A stretch of 64,000 bases of DNA from an uncultured Gemmatimonadales bacterium (GCA_963755425.1 CAVWJI010000001.1:414697-478696), one strand, 5' to 3'. Counted from the stretch's first letter, positions 52,842 to 62,173 are shown. A program made the numbers and translations. The notes: generated by a model not told the origin, from the sequence alone.

Positions 52842-54718
52842 ATGCCAACCAGACCGGAGCAGATGGCCCGACGCGCGTCGACGATCGCGACCACGCTCGG
52901 CGCGCTGTTGACGCTGGTTTGCGCCGCGCCGGCGGCGGCGCAGGACACCTATCCGCGCCAGCCGGGGATCACCATCACCCACTACACCTTCGACGTGGTG
53001 CTCAGCGACACCACCGACGAGATCAGCATGAAGGAAGTGGTCGATCTCGACCTCTCCCGGGCCGGCATCGACGGGGTCAACCTCGATCTCTGCGGGCCGC
53101 GCCCCAGGGGCGCCGCCGCGGTACGAACCCGGCGATCCCTGCGTCGGGCGCAGCGGTCCGGGCGGATTGTCGGGCCAGGCCAGCACCGGCAGGTGGCGCG
53201 ACCACCGGGATGACGGTCACCGCGTCACCGAGGGCGACAGCGCGCTGGCCTTTGCGCAGCGGGGCGACGTGCTGCACATCAGTTTCGCCTCACCATCGCG
53301 CGCCGGGGAGCACCTGTCGCTGTCGCTTGCGTACCACGGCACGCCCGCCACCGGCCTCCGCATCGGCAACAACAAGTACGGCGATCGCTCCTTCGTCAGC
53401 AACGACTGGCCCAACCTGGCGCACAACTGGCTGGCCACCATCGACCACATCTCGATGAAGGCCACCAAGACCATCAGCATCACCGCGCCGCCGAAGTACC
53501 AGGTGATCTCCAACGGCCTGCTGGTGCAGCAGCTCGACCTGCCGGACGGGATGCGGCGGACCACCTGGGACGAGAAGGTGCCGATTCCCACCTGGGAGTT
53601 CTCGCTCGCCGCCGCTCCCTACGCGGTGGACTATTTCGGCGACTATCACGGCATCGCGCTGTCATCGTGGGTCTTCCCGCAGGAGCACGACAGCGGCTTC
53701 AAGGGGTTCTCCAGCTACACCCAGCCGATCCTCGAGTTCTACATCGACCACATCGGTCCCTTCTCGTACGAGAAGCTGGCGCAGGTGCAGGCCAACACCG
53801 TGGGCGGCGGGATGGAGCTGGCGTCCGACATCTTCTATGGCTACAACGGCGTTCCGAGCCGGCAACTGCTGGCGCACGAGATGGCGCATCAGTACTTCGG
53901 CAACTCGGTGAGCGAGGACGACTGGGACGACGTCTGGCTGAGCGAGGGCTTTGCCACCTACTTCGCGCTGCTCTACCAGGAATTCCAGGACGGGCACGAT
54001 GCCTACCTGGACGGCATCAAGCGCAGCGCGGCGGGCGCCATCCGTTTTGCGCTGGCCAATCCGCAGTCCACCATCGTGCACCAGCACCTGGCGAACATCT
54101 CGCAGGTGATCGCCAACAACGCGCAGATCTACCAGGGCGGGGCACAGGTGCTCCACATGCTGCGCGGCGTGCTCGGCACGACGACGTTCTGGGACGGAAT
54201 CCGCCTCTACTACAGCCGCTTCCGGAACAGCAACGCCACCAACGACGACCTCCAGCGCGCGATGCAGGACGCCTGCGCCGCCAATCCCGATTGTCCCCAG
54301 GACGGCAGGGACCTGAGCTGGTTTTTCCCCGAGTGGCTCGACCGCGGCGGCATTCTCCAGCTCGACGGCTCCTGGCACTACGACTCGGCGGCGAAGGAGC
54401 TGCACGTCACGCTGGATCAGACGCAGACCCAGGGGCTGTACCGGATGCCGATCGAGATCGGGGTCACGATGGCTGCCGACACGGCGGCGCCGGCGGGCGG
54501 TGGTCGTGGTGGAGCGGGACGGGGTGGCGCGGTGGCGGACGTCGCGGCGGCGGGGCCGGGCGGTGGTCGCGGTGGCGGTGGCGGAAGGGCCGTTCCGTGT
54601 CGTCGTCGACAAGCAGCACAACGAGTTCACCTTTCCGTTGGCCACCGCGCCGGCCGACGTGGTGCTCGATCCCGACAGCTGGGTGACGATGATGCAGGCG
54701 ACGTTCGTGAAGAAGTGA
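52842..54718 (+). CDS. M1-family zinc aminopeptidase (aminopeptidase N-like), secreted, frame-interrupted near both ends
   Basis: Signal peptide TLGALLTLVCAAPAAAQ. The core in ORF 53167..54723 has the HEMAHQYFGN...WLSEGFATY (HExxH-18-E) motif. The true C-terminus ...FPLATAPADVVLDPDSWVTMMQATFVKK lies in ORF 54500..54718. Confidence 0.85.
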
Positions 54719-54875
54719 GGTGAGGGCGGGTCGAGGTCAGCGTGTGCGAGAGATGACGACCGGAACAAGCGAAGGGCCCCGGAGATCCGGGGCCCTTCTC
54801 GTGGCGGCGGAACCGCCAGCGCCTGCAACGCGAGTTCAATATGCAACCGGGCCGGCGGAACGGTCAATGCCAGGG

Positions 54876-54959
54876 TGCGGGTGGAGAGATTTGAACTCTC
54901 ACGGACTTTCGTCCCGCGCGTTGCAGGCGCGCTGCGTCTACCGGTTCCGCCACACCCGC
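54876..54959 (-). tRNA. class II (long variable arm) tRNA with Leu-type body and non-Leu anticodon loop CCUGCAA
   Basis: The minus strand reads GCGGGTG-TG-GCGG-AACCGGTAG-ACGC-A-GCGCG-CCTGCAA-CGCGC-GGGACGAAAGTCCGT-GAGAG-TTCAAAT-CTCTC-CACCCGC-A. It aligns position-for-position with my recollection of the bacterial tRNA-Leu layout and has A73. The anticodon reads UGC (with C33), or GCA if the GC-alternating stem slips by 1 nt. Confidence 0.8.
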
Positions 54960-55148
54960 CCCGATTCTGGCACTTGGGTGTTCCGGAGCGTCGACGCAGT
55001 ACTGCACCGCGTTGTGCCGACTGGCGAGGGCAACATTACTGGACGGCATGCGGTGGGATGGATCATTCCGATGCAGCGCGGGGAAACTATTCGCGACCCT
55101 GATAATGGGTCGATCGGTCGGTAGACTTACCGCGATCCCGGCACATAT

Positions 55149-56132
55149 TTACGCGGCCAGACCGTTCGCTACGGAATGACCACCATCCGCCGGCCGGGTG
55201 GCTGCACGCCGCCAGGCACCTTCGATCTCACTGAGCGGGACCGGCTCGACATCGATGCGAAGCTTGCCATGGGCGGCCAGCTCCCAGAGCCGCGGGAAGG
55301 TCTCGAAGATGGCAGTGTGCGGAATGCCGCCACCGCCGCTGCCATGGATCTCGATTCCCGAACTCCGCAGCGCCGCCGCCGAAAGCGAAATGTTCGGACC
55401 CGCCATGTCGCCGATTTCGATCAGCCGGAGACCTTCCGACTCGGCCTTTACGTCGTGGCCGGTGAGGGCGTCGAGCAGCACTTCCGTCGGGTGGCCCCAC
55501 AGGTAGTCGAGCACCACATCGAACCGCCTCTCCCCGGACTCGCGAATGAACGCAGCGGCCAATTCCCTGTCCGGCTGGTCGAGGGCGATGGTGGCGTCGG
55601 CGCCGAGTTGCGGCAGGGTCTTCAGAACTCGCTGATTCCGGCCGGCGGCAACGACGCGTCCGGCGCCAAGGTGTTTGGCGATCTGGATGGCGAGCTTGCC
55701 GGCCACACCGGTGGCGCCGAGCACGAGCACCGTTTCGCCGGGCTTGAGGTGCGCGCGCCAGACCAGCGGCAGCCAGGACGAGAGGGCGGCATTGGGTAGC
55801 GCCGCGGCGCTGGCGTCGTCGAGTGAATCCGGAACGGGCAGGCAGAAGCCGCGTGGCACAGCTGCCAACTCGGCCATCATTCCCCAGGGCGCGCGGCATC
55901 CGGCGCAGAAGACGCGTGTCCGGTCGTCCAGGACCGCCACGCCGTCGACGCCGGGTATCGCGGGCAAGTCGCGATGACTGTCGTAGTGGGTACCGCTCGC
56001 CATCGCCTTCTCGACATTCTTCAGCGACGCGGCTCGTACCTGGACCAGCACCTCGCCCGGGCCCGCTACGGGGTCAGGGAAATCCTCGAAGCGAGGTGGC
56101 TCGCCCAGCGCGTGCAACACGGCGGCTTTCAT
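55149..56132 (-). CDS. zinc-type/quinone oxidoreductase of the medium-chain dehydrogenase/reductase family
   Basis: MKAAVL...GEVLVQV... with the NAD(P) fold motif VLVLGATGVAGKLAIQIAKHLGA. The start is the ATG at 56132, with an alternative at 56165. Confidence 0.85.
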   Translation of the reverse strand: MKAAVLHALGEPPRFEDFPDPVAGPGEVLVQVRAASLKNVEKAMASGTHYDSHRDLPAIPGVDGVAVLDDRTRVFCAGCRAPWGMMAELAAVPRGFCLPVPDSLDDASAAALPNAALSSWLPLVWRAHLKPGETVLVLGATGVAGKLAIQIAKHLGAGRVVAAGRNQRVLKTLPQLGADATIALDQPDRELAAAFIRESGERRFDVVLDYLWGHPTEVLLDALTGHDVKAESEGLRLIEIGDMAGPNISLSAAALRSSGIEIHGSGGGGIPHTAIFETFPRLWELAAHGKLRIDVEPVPLSEIEGAWRRAATRPADGGHSVANGLAA

Positions 56133-56249
56133 CTGCTTCACCGCTTTCCGATGGTCATGAGCCATATTTCAACGAGTCGTGGCGAGTGCGTGACGTCCAT
56201 CGGTGCGCAATCGGCGGTCACGTTACGGTGAGGGCCGCTACACGGCCAG

Positions 56250-56564
56250 TCAGGCGACCCGGAGCGGCTTGATGCGGGCGATCTCGCCGTGGATGGCCTG
56301 TGCCGCCTCCCAGAGGTCGACGGCCCGCTGTGCGTTCAACCAGAACTCGGGAGAGTTGCCGAACAGGCGCCCGAGGCGGAGGGCCATCTCGGGAGTGACC
56401 GCGCGGCGTCCCCGCAGCAGTTCATTGATCGACTGCCGCGAGACGCCAACGGCGTCGGCCAGGGCGGTCACCGAAAGCTCGAAGTCGGCCATGAAGTCGG
56501 CCTCGAGCATCTCGCCCGGGTGGGTGGGGCGCCGCCGCATCGGGCGGTCATTCGGAATGCTCAC
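56250..56564 (-). CDS. higA: HigA-family antitoxin (XRE HTH)
   Basis: HPGEMLEADFMADFELSVTALADAVGVSRQSINELLRGRRAVTPEMALRLGRLFGNSPEFWLNAQ is the typical HigA pattern. The gene lies downstream of the toxin gene. Confidence 0.9.
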   Translation of the reverse strand: MSIPNDRPMRRRPTHPGEMLEADFMADFELSVTALADAVGVSRQSINELLRGRRAVTPEMALRLGRLFGNSPEFWLNAQRAVDLWEAAQAIHGEIARIKPLRVA

Positions 56565-56573
56565 GGTTGCTCC

Positions 56574-56855
56574 TCAGTGATAGTCACACACTTCGACATC
56601 GTACGCGTCGCCATCAGTGAACCGGAAGCAGATACGCCACTGGTCGTTGATCGCGATCGCGTGCTGCCCCTGCCGGTTCCCTGTCAGCGCGTGGAGTCGG
56701 TTCCCCGGCGGCACCCTCAGGTCATCGAGCGATGTGGCCAGGTGCACGTATTCCAGCTTCCTGGCAGCCCGCGGCGCCCCATCAGCCGGAAACCGACTGG
56801 CCCTGCCTGCGGGGAACAACTCCCGGGTCCGCCGGTCCGCGAAGGACTGGATCAC
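56574..56855 (-). CDS. higB: HigB-family toxin (RelE/ParE superfamily, plasmid maintenance system killer)
   Basis: The GTG at 56855 gives VIQSFADRRTRELF...LEYVHLATSLDDLRVPPGNRLHALTGNRQGQHAIAINDQWRICFRF. This is the toxin-first order typical of higBA. Confidence 0.9.
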   Translation of the reverse strand: MIQSFADRRTRELFPAGRASRFPADGAPRAARKLEYVHLATSLDDLRVPPGNRLHALTGNRQGQHAIAINDQWRICFRFTDGDAYDVEVCDYH

Positions 56856-57136
56856 GGCGTAGCGTAACGTGTCACGTGACACATGTCAATATGGCTCGCT
56901 GGCGTGAGACGGGTATGGCGCTCGGGGGAAGCTTCGCACCATCCCTGCGATCCCGGGCGGAACTGCCAGGATAGATCCATCGATGAACGTGGTCGGTCAC
57001 ACGTTGCCGCAGGGTGGTATCGAAACAGCCGCGCTTCATTCGTCGTCGTTGGCGGTGATGCTGTTGATGAACGCCTGCTCGTCGGCTTCGTACCGGCTCG
57101 CCGCCACCGCGGCGAAGCCCGCGACGTCGCTCCGGG

Positions 57137-57212
57137 ACTCAACCCCCATGGACATACGTCCGGATCCTTGTCAGGGAACCGCGTCTACCGGTTTCGCCAC
57201 CTGGGTACACGA
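57137..57212 (-). pseudogene. truncated class II tRNA-like fragment (5' acceptor strand to T-loop region, no matching 3' acceptor strand)
   Basis: The minus strand reads ACCCAGG-TG-GCGA-AACCGGTAG-ACGC-G-GTTCC-CTGACAA-GGATC-CGGACGTATGTCCAT-GGGGGTTGAGTCCC.... The D-arm is near-identical to the tRNA at 54876-54959. The T-arm is defective and there is no complement to the 5' acceptor strand. Confidence 0.45.
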
Positions 57213-57370
57213 GCGGTGCATTCCCCGGATCGCCCTGCCACACCGGGCCTCCGGAAGTCAAGCTGTCGCGTGGCACTGGAGGGCGGTAATCGGATTCACG
57301 CAGGACACGGCCTCGTTTCCGCGGTAGGATTGTCGGGGAGGTCGAGGTCCCTGTTCAAGGGAGTTGAACC

Positions 57371-57853
57371 GTGAGGAGCCGCGCGATGCCCCGAGGAAGG
57401 CAGCAATCGGTGATCCCGCCGCGAGCGCCGTACGCAGGGTGCGGCGCTCGCCTGGCGCAGGCGGTCCGTTACAGCGCGACGACCCAGACCGAGCTCGCCA
57501 GGAAGGCCGGTGTCAAACAATCGGCGCTGAGCCGGATCATCTGCGGCAAGCAGGCGCTCAGCGTCGAGCTGGCGCTGGCGATCGCGGCGGTGACGGGGGT
57601 GCGCGCCGGCTGGCTGCTCACCGGCGAGCTGCCGATGCGTCCGGGCGAATCGATGGAGGAGACGCTGGGGGATGCATACCAGGCTGGGTGGGATGCCGCG
57701 CTGGAAACGCTCACGGCGTGTCGCGAGCTGGTCAAGACGAAGTTGGCACAACCGAAGGATGTCGGCGCCGGGGAGCCAGAAGCCGGAGAACGACAGCAGG
57801 CGAATGCCAAGCCATCGGGAGCTCCGAGGCGGCGCGGGGTGCGGGGGAAGTAG
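57371..57853 (+). CDS. XRE/cI-like helix-turn-helix transcriptional regulator
   Basis: LAQAVRYSATTQTELARKAGVKQSALSRIICGKQALSVELALAIAAVTGVRAGWLLTGE is the HTH_3 pattern. The start is the GTG at 57371 or the ATG at 57386. Confidence 0.75.
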   Translation: MRSRAMPRGRQQSVIPPRAPYAGCGARLAQAVRYSATTQTELARKAGVKQSALSRIICGKQALSVELALAIAAVTGVRAGWLLTGELPMRPGESMEETLGDAYQAGWDAALETLTACRELVKTKLAQPKDVGAGEPEAGERQQANAKPSGAPRRRGVRGK

Positions 57854-57902
57854 GTCCGATGTGCATGCCCTGCCGGCAGTGACGAAGAAGTGGCGGGTGT
57901 CT

Positions 57903-59141
57903 TCAGCCCGCCAATTCGAAGGCCGTCGCCATCCGGTCGATCTCACGCGCCTTGAACCCATGCGCCTTCGCTACCCGTCGCCATCCGGCCACCGCGCTTG
58001 ACACCTGATCGACCACCAGGGCGGCAGGCGCGGGAGCGAGTCCGAACTGCGGCGACACCGCCAGGGTCTGCTCGATGCTGGCCGAGGTATCACCGTCGGC
58101 GTCGATCGTCGTGGTCAGCGATCGCGGCTTGATGTCGGTCGGCACCGGGTTGAGGTCGAATGCCGGCGACAATCGCCAGCCTCTCGGGCCGGCATACAGG
58201 AAGCCGTGATTGCGAAGGTGATCGTCGCTGTTCGAGATCAGGATGTTGAACACCAGGCGATGGAAGAGCTCGGCCAGGTCACTCACCGGCGCGGCGCCAT
58301 GCTGTCGCAACGCGTCGGCGATCTCGACGTAGCTACGCGTCTCGCCCTCGCGCGCCTGGAGCATCGAGAGGGCGGAGAGATAGGGGATCCGCACCGAGCC
58401 ACGGCGGTCGAATCGCGGCAGGACGAGGACGCGGTGTGCGCCGATGGTGTGCATCCGGGCCGCGGGGACCGCGATTCCCGCCCTCCGGGCCAGCTCGAGC
58501 GCGACGCGTTCCCAGCGTACCACGTCGATCGCGTCATGGGTCGAAGGAAACTTGGCAATGGCCAGCGCGCCGTCCTTGAGCCGGACCGACGCCTTGGGGC
58601 GCGCACCGCCGAGCGATGACCCGGGGGCCAGCAACAGGGCGAGGTCCGCGCCGGTCTCGCGATCGTGCTCCACGTCAGCAGCCGCGGCAAGCAGTGCCGG
58701 AAGGTCCACGAGCGGCGGCACGGCGGCGTGCGTGCCGGTGGCGAGAAATTCGCCGCCTTCCGTCGCGGCAAAGCGGAGCGCGCCCTGCCGGGTCTCATCG
58801 TACACACCGAGGAGGTAATCGATTTCGTGCAGTGCCGGAGCCTTGCGCTTGCCGGCCCGTGCCGATCGTGCCGACGCACGGGCGATGAGGGTGCGGCCCC
58901 ACTGGTCGGGAGCGGAATCTCCCAGTGCGCCGAAGAGGGTCCGGCCCGCCTCGGTGTGAAAGGCGCCGCGTCCCGGTGGTAGCGCGGGTTCGAGTGCGAA
59001 TGCATCCGGTTGGCCGATCCAGCTTCGGTCATACTTGAACGACGCGCTCTCGTGCTCGCGAGCGACCCTGGTCCAGAGCCGCCCCGCGAGTCTCGGCGTA
59101 CCGTCGAGGTCGACGTAGACGACGATTTCCCGGTCGGTCAC
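57903..59141 (-). CDS. hipA: HipA-family serine/threonine kinase toxin
   Basis: The GTG at 59141 overlaps the hipB stop (GTGA). Conserved stretches are LGGARPKA...IAKFPS...RFDR...NSDDHLRNHGFLY...LSPAFDLNP. Confidence 0.9.
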   Translation of the reverse strand: MTDREIVVYVDLDGTPRLAGRLWTRVAREHESASFKYDRSWIGQPDAFALEPALPPGRGAFHTEAGRTLFGALGDSAPDQWGRTLIARASARSARAGKRKAPALHEIDYLLGVYDETRQGALRFAATEGGEFLATGTHAAVPPLVDLPALLAAAADVEHDRETGADLALLLAPGSSLGGARPKASVRLKDGALAIAKFPSTHDAIDVVRWERVALELARRAGIAVPAARMHTIGAHRVLVLPRFDRRGSVRIPYLSALSMLQAREGETRSYVEIADALRQHGAAPVSDLAELFHRLVFNILISNSDDHLRNHGFLYAGPRGWRLSPAFDLNPVPTDIKPRSLTTTIDADGDTSASIEQTLAVSPQFGLAPAPAALVVDQVSSAVAGWRRVAKAHGFKAREIDRMATAFELAG

Positions 59142-59464
59142 GGGGAGCGCGAGGCCGGCATGCGGATCCGGCGCGGCTGGCGCGCCTCGTCGAGGGCGAG
59201 CCCGACCTCGTCGCCGGCCGGACCCGCAACCGTGGCAAGGCGGTCGAGCAGGCCCAGGACGAAGAGCACGGTGGCCCACGTGCCGATCGAGACGGTCGGA
59301 TCACCGCGTTCGACCTTCATCAGCGTGGGCCGGGTGGTCAGGGCGCGTTCGGCGACGACGGCCATCGGGAGTCGGCGGCGGGCTCTTGCCGCGCGGATAT
59401 CGGCGCCCAGCTGGCGCAGGGTGCGGCGGACGGGGATCGGCGGCGGCGAGGCAGTGCGAGGCAT
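59138..59464 (-). CDS. hipB: HipB-like XRE-family antitoxin
   Basis: A 108-aa ORF with an HTH (LGADIRAARARRRLPMAVVAERALTTRPTLMKVERGDPTVSIGTWATVLFVLGL). It lies immediately upstream of hipA and overlaps it. Confidence 0.85.
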   Translation of the reverse strand: MPRTASPPPIPVRRTLRQLGADIRAARARRRLPMAVVAERALTTRPTLMKVERGDPTVSIGTWATVLFVLGLLDRLATVAGPAGDEVGLALDEARQPRRIRMPASRSP

Positions 59465-59475
59465 ATGTCAAATAT

Positions 59476-59503
59476 CCTTTACGCTAATGGTCGATAATGT
59501 AAA
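59476..59503. promoter_or_regulatory. inverted repeat CTTTAC-N16-GTAAAG in the AT-rich hipB / SEC-C intergenic region (candidate HipB operator)
   Basis: Seen directly in the sequence. It lies 12-39 nt upstream of the hipB start codon, in the only AT-rich stretch of this region. Confidence 0.3.
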
Positions 59504-59602
59504 GAGTATTTGTCGCGCTGGCATTGGGCCGGGCCGAAGTCGCTTGGCGTGCGAACCGGGCGGCTACCTTTCGATCTTCCTCATCGCGCCGGTCGTCGAA
59601 CC

Positions 59603-60976
59603 TTGGCCTCGATCTCCCGCAACGCCCCCTGCCCCTGCGGCAGCGGCAGGAAATACAAGCACTGCCACGGCAAGGCATCGGTAGCGCCGCGCGCCAACGC
59701 CGCGGCGTCGCGCTGGCATGTGGTCGACAACCGGCTGGCCGAGAAGATGGCCGCCTTTGCCCGCCTCCGCCTCGGCGCCCGGATGGACGAGGAAGCGGGG
59801 CGATACGCCGATGTCGAGGCGACGCTGCCGTTCTTCATCCATCTGGTGCTCTATCACACGCCGGTCGACGGCCAGCCAGTGGCAGCACAGTATCTCGCAG
59901 AGCACGGGCAGCGACTCGACGCGAACGAGCGCGAATGGCTCGGTGCACAGCTCACCGCGTGGCTCTCCATCTGGGAAGTCGAGTCGGTGCATCGCGGCGT
60001 TGGTGCCACGATGGTCGATCTGCTCTCTGATGAACGCCGCGAGGTACACGAGGTCGCCGCCTCGGAGATATTCGGTGTGCGTGACGCGATTCTCGGCCGA
60101 GTGACGGATATCGATGGTGTCTCGCTGCTGACGGGGGTGTATCCGACGTCGCTGCCGCCGGGGGATGCTGCCCGGGTGGTGGCGCGGGTGCAGAAGCGGC
60201 TGCGCCGGACCGGTCTGGTGCCGATCGAACGGCTCAGGAACGAGAAGACGGTGCGCTTCCTGGCGGACGCATGGGAAGAAGCGGTCGACGAGGCGTGGGC
60301 GCGCAGCCGGGCCATGCCCGAATTGCGCAACAGCGACGGCGACTCACTGGTGTTGATCAGCGACCACTTCGCCTTCGACAAGCGCGACCGGGAGAAGGTG
60401 GTGGCGCTTCTCGCCACGATCCCCGGACTCGAGCCGCCGCAACGGGGTGATGCGGAAGAGGTCTACACCTTTCTCCGTCCCGATCACGTCATGAGCGAGA
60501 CCTCGTTCACCATTCTCGGCGCGCTCCGGTTCACGCGCCGGGGGTTGGTGGTCGAGTCGAACTCGGAGCGGCGGGCCAATGCGCACCGCGAGGTGCTGAT
60601 CCGGGCCGGTGCCGGGGTGCTGCGGTATGTCACGCGCGAGCTGAGTGACCCGCTCAGTGCGCCGGCGCGCGAGGCGGCGAGGGGTGCGCCGCTCAGGCCG
60701 CCGGAGCAGTTGCCGCCGGAGGCGCTGGAGGCGGTGCAGCGGATGATGGACGAGTACTACCGGAAGTGGCTCGATGACGCGATTCCGGCGCTGGGCGGGG
60801 CGACGCCGCGGGAGGCGGCGAAGACCAGGGAGGGGCGGGCGGCGGTGGAGGTGTTGCTCAAGGAGATGGAACATCACGCCGGGGCCGGCGGCGGTGCCGG
60901 CGCCGGCGGGCCGATGGCGCTGGCGGGGCCGGACGTGGCAGCGCTGCGGCGGGAGTTGGGGATCGGGAAGGGGTGA
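59603..60976 (+). CDS. SEC-C-motif protein of unknown function
   Basis: ORF 59510..60976 is intact. The N-terminus RNAPCPCGSGRKYKHCHG is a SEC-C metal-binding motif. The TTG at 59603 would place the motif at the extreme N-terminus. The C-terminus has WLDDAIPALGGATPREAAKTREGRAAVEVLLKEME. Confidence 0.8.
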   Translation: MASISRNAPCPCGSGRKYKHCHGKASVAPRANAAASRWHVVDNRLAEKMAAFARLRLGARMDEEAGRYADVEATLPFFIHLVLYHTPVDGQPVAAQYLAEHGQRLDANEREWLGAQLTAWLSIWEVESVHRGVGATMVDLLSDERREVHEVAASEIFGVRDAILGRVTDIDGVSLLTGVYPTSLPPGDAARVVARVQKRLRRTGLVPIERLRNEKTVRFLADAWEEAVDEAWARSRAMPELRNSDGDSLVLISDHFAFDKRDREKVVALLATIPGLEPPQRGDAEEVYTFLRPDHVMSETSFTILGALRFTRRGLVVESNSERRANAHREVLIRAGAGVLRYVTRELSDPLSAPAREAARGAPLRPPEQLPPEALEAVQRMMDEYYRKWLDDAIPALGGATPREAAKTREGRAAVEVLLKEMEHHAGAGGGAGAGGPMALAGPDVAALRRELGIGKG

Positions 60977-61000
60977 GGTGGAGTCGGTGAGCGGCGAAGT

Positions 61001-62173
61001 TCAATTCCCGCTGCCTGCGTCTGCCTCGAAGAGCCTTACATACGGATCGTACCGGAACCGGCGGTTGCGGGCATTGCCGGTGATCTCGGTCAGTATGCCG
61101 CAACGGGACAACCGGTGCACCAGGGTGTTGGCGGCGGCGAAGGTGGTTCCGGCGATCTCCTGGACGTCATGCACCGAGACGATCGGGCGACGATACAGTG
61201 ACTCCAGGACCCGGTGACCATTGGCGGCAGCGCGGCCCAGCTGGTCGGTGATGGCCTGGCGGTCCCGCTCCCGGAGCAGCAGGATGCGGCGGGCAGTTTC
61301 GGTGGCCTCGCCGCTCACCTGGATGATCCCTCGCAGGAAGAAGCGCAACCATCCTTCCCAATCGCCGTCGTCCCGCACGGCCTGGAGCAGTTCGTAGTAG
61401 CTGCTCCGGTGCTGCTTGAAATAGTGCGAGAGGTAGAGCACCGGTTCGCGCAACACATTGCGTTCGGTCAGGAGGAAGGTGACCAGCAGCCGGCCGACGC
61501 GTCCGTTGCCGTCGAGGAACGGGTGAATCGTCTCGAACTGCGCATGGACCAGGCCGATGCGGATCAGGAGCGGCAGCTCGTCCTGCCGATGGATGAACGA
61601 CTCGAGTTCGCCGAGCGCGTCGGGAAGCAGTTCCGGCGGCGGCGGGACAAAGGTGGCAGTGTCGAGCGAGGCGCCGGCGGGGCCGATCCAGTTCTGCGTG
61701 GTGCGCAGTTCACCGGGCGTCAGCCGACCGCCACGCACGCCATCGAGCAGGCGGGCGTGGATTTCCCTGACCAAGCGGATGGATACCGGCAGCTCGGCGA
61801 GGCGCTTCAGGCCGTAGTTCATGGTGCCGACATAGTTGATCACTTCGTCGACATCGCGTGGGGCATCGGGCCAGGCGATCTTCGCTTCGGCGGCGAGGAG
61901 GTCCTGGAGCGAACTCTGCGTTCCCTCGATCTGGGAGGAGAGCACCGCTTCCTTGCGGACATACATGAGGACGAACAGGTCCGGGTGGGGCAGGGTCTGG
62001 ACGGAGCCGTCGAGCCGGCCCAGGGCGAGGTCGGCCTGCGACAGGAGCAGTTGGAGTTCCCCGTCGATGCGGACCGGCGGATCAGGCGGCAGCGGAGCGG
62101 GGATGAACGCCCGGTATCCCGCCGGGAGCCGGCGATAGACCCCGGCGCGATGGCCTGGCTGGGATGTCGTCAC
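61001..62173 (-). CDS. Fic-family protein (DUF4172-like N-term, Fic core, C-terminal wHTH)
   Basis: Active-site motif HPFLDGNGRVGRLL. The N-terminal inhibitory-helix motif is SSQIEG ([ST]xxxE[GN]). The likely start is the GTG at 62173; the ORF track begins further upstream, at 62332. Confidence 0.9.
   Translation of the reverse strand: MTTSQPGHRAGVYRRLPAGYRAFIPAPLPPDPPVRIDGELQLLLSQADLALGRLDGSVQTLPHPDLFVLMYVRKEAVLSSQIEGTQSSLQDLLAAEAKIAWPDAPRDVDEVINYVGTMNYGLKRLAELPVSIRLVREIHARLLDGVRGGRLTPGELRTTQNWIGPAGASLDTATFVPPPPELLPDALGELESFIHRQDELPLLIRIGLVHAQFETIHPFLDGNGRVGRLLVTFLLTERNVLREPVLYLSHYFKQHRSSYYELLQAVRDDGDWEGWLRFFLRGIIQVSGEATETARRILLLRERDRQAITDQLGRAAANGHRVLESLYRRPIVSVHDVQEIAGTTFAAANTLVHRLSRCGILTEITGNARNRRFRYDPYVRLFEADAGSGN

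Noticed and set aside
57354-57364. An 11-nt match (GGAGTTGAACC) to the reverse complement of the tRNA-Ile T-arm, considered as a possible att repeat marking an island boundary.
   Set aside because: It is too short and does not extend on either side. A chance 11-mer match is not negligible in 64 kb when both strands are considered. No integrase lies nearby.
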